A stretch of DNA of 48,126 nt from an uncultured Candidatus Finniella sp. (GTDB taxonomy: Bacteria > Pseudomonadota > Alphaproteobacteria > Paracaedibacterales > VGCI01). The stretch spans positions 1 to 48,126 of the forward strand of contig CAYRJJ010000003.1 in the NCBI GenBank assembly GCA_964424515.1, read 5' to 3'. Made by a program: the position numbers and the translations under genes. Numbering within the stretch: the first letter of the stretch is position 1; every line of letters starts with the position of its first letter. Positions 46,017 to 48,126 of this stretch are shown one piece after another. The notes beneath the pieces are model-generated. The model searched no databases and was not told where the DNA came from. It saw only the letters and a program-made list of their open reading frames with translations.

Positions 46017-47159
46017 ATGACTACAGAAAATAAGCACGAAGCTCAACAACTCCTGCAGAGTCTCCACTCTTCTAATCAGGAAGAAGGGTATAGCGATCCC
46101 GCGCATACTTCTCAAAAAGAAGGATCGAAGTCAAAAAGCATCAGAATGACGAATCCCTGTATTGACAGCGTTTTTCAATACGGTTTCCTGGAACCTTTTA
46201 TTCTTAGCGACTTTCTTAATGCTGTCCTCAATTTTACAGGAGAAAATGCTATTGAAGAGATCATCTATCTGCCCCGTGATATGGGTTCTTCAGATCCCAT
46301 GTCTTCTTTTGCCTACCATTTTACAGTTGACATTCGTTGTCGGACGAAGAATAACCACCATTTTCTGATAGAAATGCAAAATGATTTTCGGGATGACTAC
46401 CATCTTAAATCCCTTGTAGAACATTCCCGTATGCTAAGCCGTCTGGATACCGATCAGACGTTGGAGGAGCAGACGCTTCGTGTTGACAAGAATAAGGGGG
46501 ATCTCAACAAGTTCTGGAAAAATGTTGAAGGCCTCTACACAATTGTGATTACGAACAAGGCGTTTCCTGCCGGTAAAATGAAAAGCAGTTATCCTGACGA
46601 GACAATGATGGAGCCTTTTCTGATCAACAATTATGAACTGCGCCATACTGAACAACTGGAACGTCGTTATGGAGATATACCTAACCAGATTGTCCTTTTA
46701 ATGCTGGATAATTTGAATAAGGAAGCTGAAGAATTATCCTCTCCTCTTGAGAGGTGGGCTTACCTGTTTAAGGATCCATCTCTCAAAAGTGGTGTAAGGA
46801 AGATCTCTGAAACAAAGGATATTTCGGATCCTGACCTTGTAGCTGGAGGGAACAGATCCATCAGGGCCTTTATTGATCGAGTCAATATAGAACATCTTCC
46901 CCAGGAGGTTCGGGAACGGTATATTCGGTCCCTTGTTTACTTTAATGACACCATCCTCGATATCAGGGAGAAAGGAAAAGCAGAAGGAAAAGTAGAGGGA
47001 AAAGCAGAAGGAAAAGTAGAGGGAAAAGCAGAAGAGAAAATAGAAGTAGCGAAGCGGATGATCAGGAGGAGTCAACCTTTTGAAGTAATATGTGAAGTGG
47101 CGGAATTAACATTGGAAGTTGTGAAAGAGTTGGCAGATGAGATTACGCGCGGTACATAG
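46017..47159 (+). CDS. Rpn/YhgA-like PD-(D/E)XK nuclease family protein, copy 2
   Basis: DSVFQYGF...FTVDIRCRTKNNHHFLIEMQNDF is the PDDEXK_2-type core. It has a 3 x 8-aa repeat (GKAEGKVE) at the same relative position as in copy 1, and a helical C-terminal tail. Confidence 0.75.
   Translation: MTTENKHEAQQLLQSLHSSNQEEGYSDPAHTSQKEGSKSKSIRMTNPCIDSVFQYGFLEPFILSDFLNAVLNFTGENAIEEIIYLPRDMGSSDPMSSFAYHFTVDIRCRTKNNHHFLIEMQNDFRDDYHLKSLVEHSRMLSRLDTDQTLEEQTLRVDKNKGDLNKFWKNVEGLYTIVITNKAFPAGKMKSSYPDETMMEPFLINNYELRHTEQLERRYGDIPNQIVLLMLDNLNKEAEELSSPLERWAYLFKDPSLKSGVRKISETKDISDPDLVAGGNRSIRAFIDRVNIEHLPQEVRERYIRSLVYFNDTILDIREKGKAEGKVEGKAEGKVEGKAEEKIEVAKRMIRRSQPFEVICEVAELTLEVVKELADEITRGT
46974..47045. repeat. 3 x 24-bp in-frame tandem repeat inside Rpn-like copy 2
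   Basis: ggaaaagcagaaggaaaagtagag occurs twice exactly, plus a diverged third unit. Confidence 0.9.
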
Positions 47160-47180
47160 CGTATTCAATGGCATCTCGAC

Positions 47181-47286
47181 GGCTTAAAACTGTATTCTTA
47201 ATCAATTTGTAGACGATATGTCTACTATCTGCATAAAAAACGATATTATATACATTTTAAAACAGGGATTTGCGGGTGTCCACTAA
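47181..47286. repeat. Right copy of the 106-bp inverted repeat (res-like, no adjacent recombinase)
   Basis: Its reverse complement matches 4420-4525 (96/106). It contains the perfect dyad GTAGAC-GATAT-GTCTAC (47209-47225). It begins 21 nt after the stop of Rpn-like copy 2. Confidence 0.85.
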
Positions 47287-47727
47287 ATTATAAGTTATGA
47301 GGCGTAAGCAGAGTCGGGGTCTCATGGTGTGGACATAAGCGGGAGTAGCCGTAACACAACAGCAAACACTTGATGCAATTTTTCTTCTGGATTTGAGGAC
47401 TTCTGCTGACCTCAATTACTTTAGATTTTTTTAGGGGGAAGAAAAAAATAATGGCGCGCCTCCTCATTAGGTGGCAAGATTTTCAGCCCGTGTAGATTTG
47501 GTAACATATCGCACGCAAGCTTGTGGCCCCGGTGGTGTATGCCAGTGGGCCTGGCCAGTGTTTGTAGCCTTGAAGGATACAGGAAAAAATGATTAGATAA
47601 TTTGTGAATAAGGAATAACAGAAAAAATAAAAACTAATGAACGGGCGAGAATATCATGCTTCTTGAAAGGTCGTTCCGAAATTAACTATTGTCATACGGA
47701 ACGAAAAATAGTGCAAACTAATCAAGA

Positions 47728-48051
47728 ATGACCATGGAAAACATTAGACTGACGCCATTTGAAATTGATGCTATTTGCAAGTCTTTCCAGACATATTTTG
47801 CGCCTGGAGATCACTTATGGCTCTTTGGTTCAAGGGTCAATCCGAAAGCTCGAGGCGGAGACATTGACCTGTACATTGAAACAACCATTCCCGATGTATC
47901 AGCTGCTGTTGATAACAATACAGCCTTTGTAATGGACCTTTATGATAAAATTGGCGAGCAGAAGATTGATGTTGTTCTCAATTTAGTGACTCGTGACTAT
48001 AAGTTAGCTATTTATGAAATTGCCAGGGAAGAGGGGGTACTACTTGTATGA
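47728..48051 (+). CDS. Minimal nucleotidyltransferase (MNT/MntA-type antitoxin-like)
   Basis: LWLFGSRVNPKARGGDIDLYIE is the GS...(D/E).D nucleotidyltransferase signature. 107 aa. Confidence 0.75.
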   Translation: MTMENIRLTPFEIDAICKSFQTYFAPGDHLWLFGSRVNPKARGGDIDLYIETTIPDVSAAVDNNTAFVMDLYDKIGEQKIDVVLNLVTRDYKLAIYEIAREEGVLLV

Positions 48052-48126
48052 ACAAAAAAACTATAAAGTCACTAATGCTTATCCGAAAAGTACCTGTGAA
48101 TTGAGTTCCCGCTATGGTATGCTCTT

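Noticed and set aside
46974-47045. Short tandem repeats at 5226-5297 and 46974-47045, and the direct repeats at 15275-15711, were considered as a possible CRISPR or satellite array.
   Set aside because: All are in-frame within well-supported coding regions. They have no unique spacers of CRISPR type and no cas genes nearby.
47316-47353. GGGGTCTCATGG... just outside the right repeat resembles the GGGGTCT start of Tn3-family 38-bp terminal inverted repeats.
   Set aside because: Only 7 nt match. No partner terminal repeat and no tnpA transposase are present in the window. The similarity is too short to call.

Overview
The window is a mosaic. Positions 1-4.4 kb are AT-rich and hold an IS4-type transposase remnant and an 864-aa secreted Sel1-repeat protein. 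Positions 4420-47286 form a block of about 42.9 kb bounded by 106-bp inverted repeats. The left repeat sits where a res site would lie, directly upstream of a Tn3/gamma-delta-type resolvase. Just inside each repeat is a PD-(D/E)XK Rpn-like gene, the two in mirror orientation. The block carries HU, a RecD2-like helicase, a WGR protein and a YqhA membrane protein. It also has a Ti-type DNA-processing module: small traC/traD-like genes, an oriT-like palindromic region, and a 1570-aa TraA fusing a MobA/MobL relaxase, a helicase and a Toprim primase. A HigBA-like toxin-antitoxin pair follows. A complete F-type mating-pair/coupling operon runs on the minus strand: traL-E-K-(pilin-like)-B-V-C-W-U-(orf)-trbC-N-F-H-G-(gap)-D. 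Upstream of traL lies an accessory region with two paralogous replication-initiator-like genes, a four-member family of small proteins (one decayed), two paralogous leader + mini-ORF + terminator units, a FinO/ProQ gene and a DUF3310 gene. AT-rich parA/parB follow. Right of the block is a lone MNT-type nucleotidyltransferase. I saw no rRNA, tRNA or CRISPR array. Combining a Ti-type relaxosome with an F-type T4SS recalls RAGE-like elements of obligate or amoeba-associated intracellular bacteria. That host inference is not established here. The main leads are the inverted res-like pair bracketing the whole element, the leader/mini-ORF/terminator units beside FinO, and the duplicated accessory modules. 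All motif and identity statements are from reading the sequence by eye. No database search was run.
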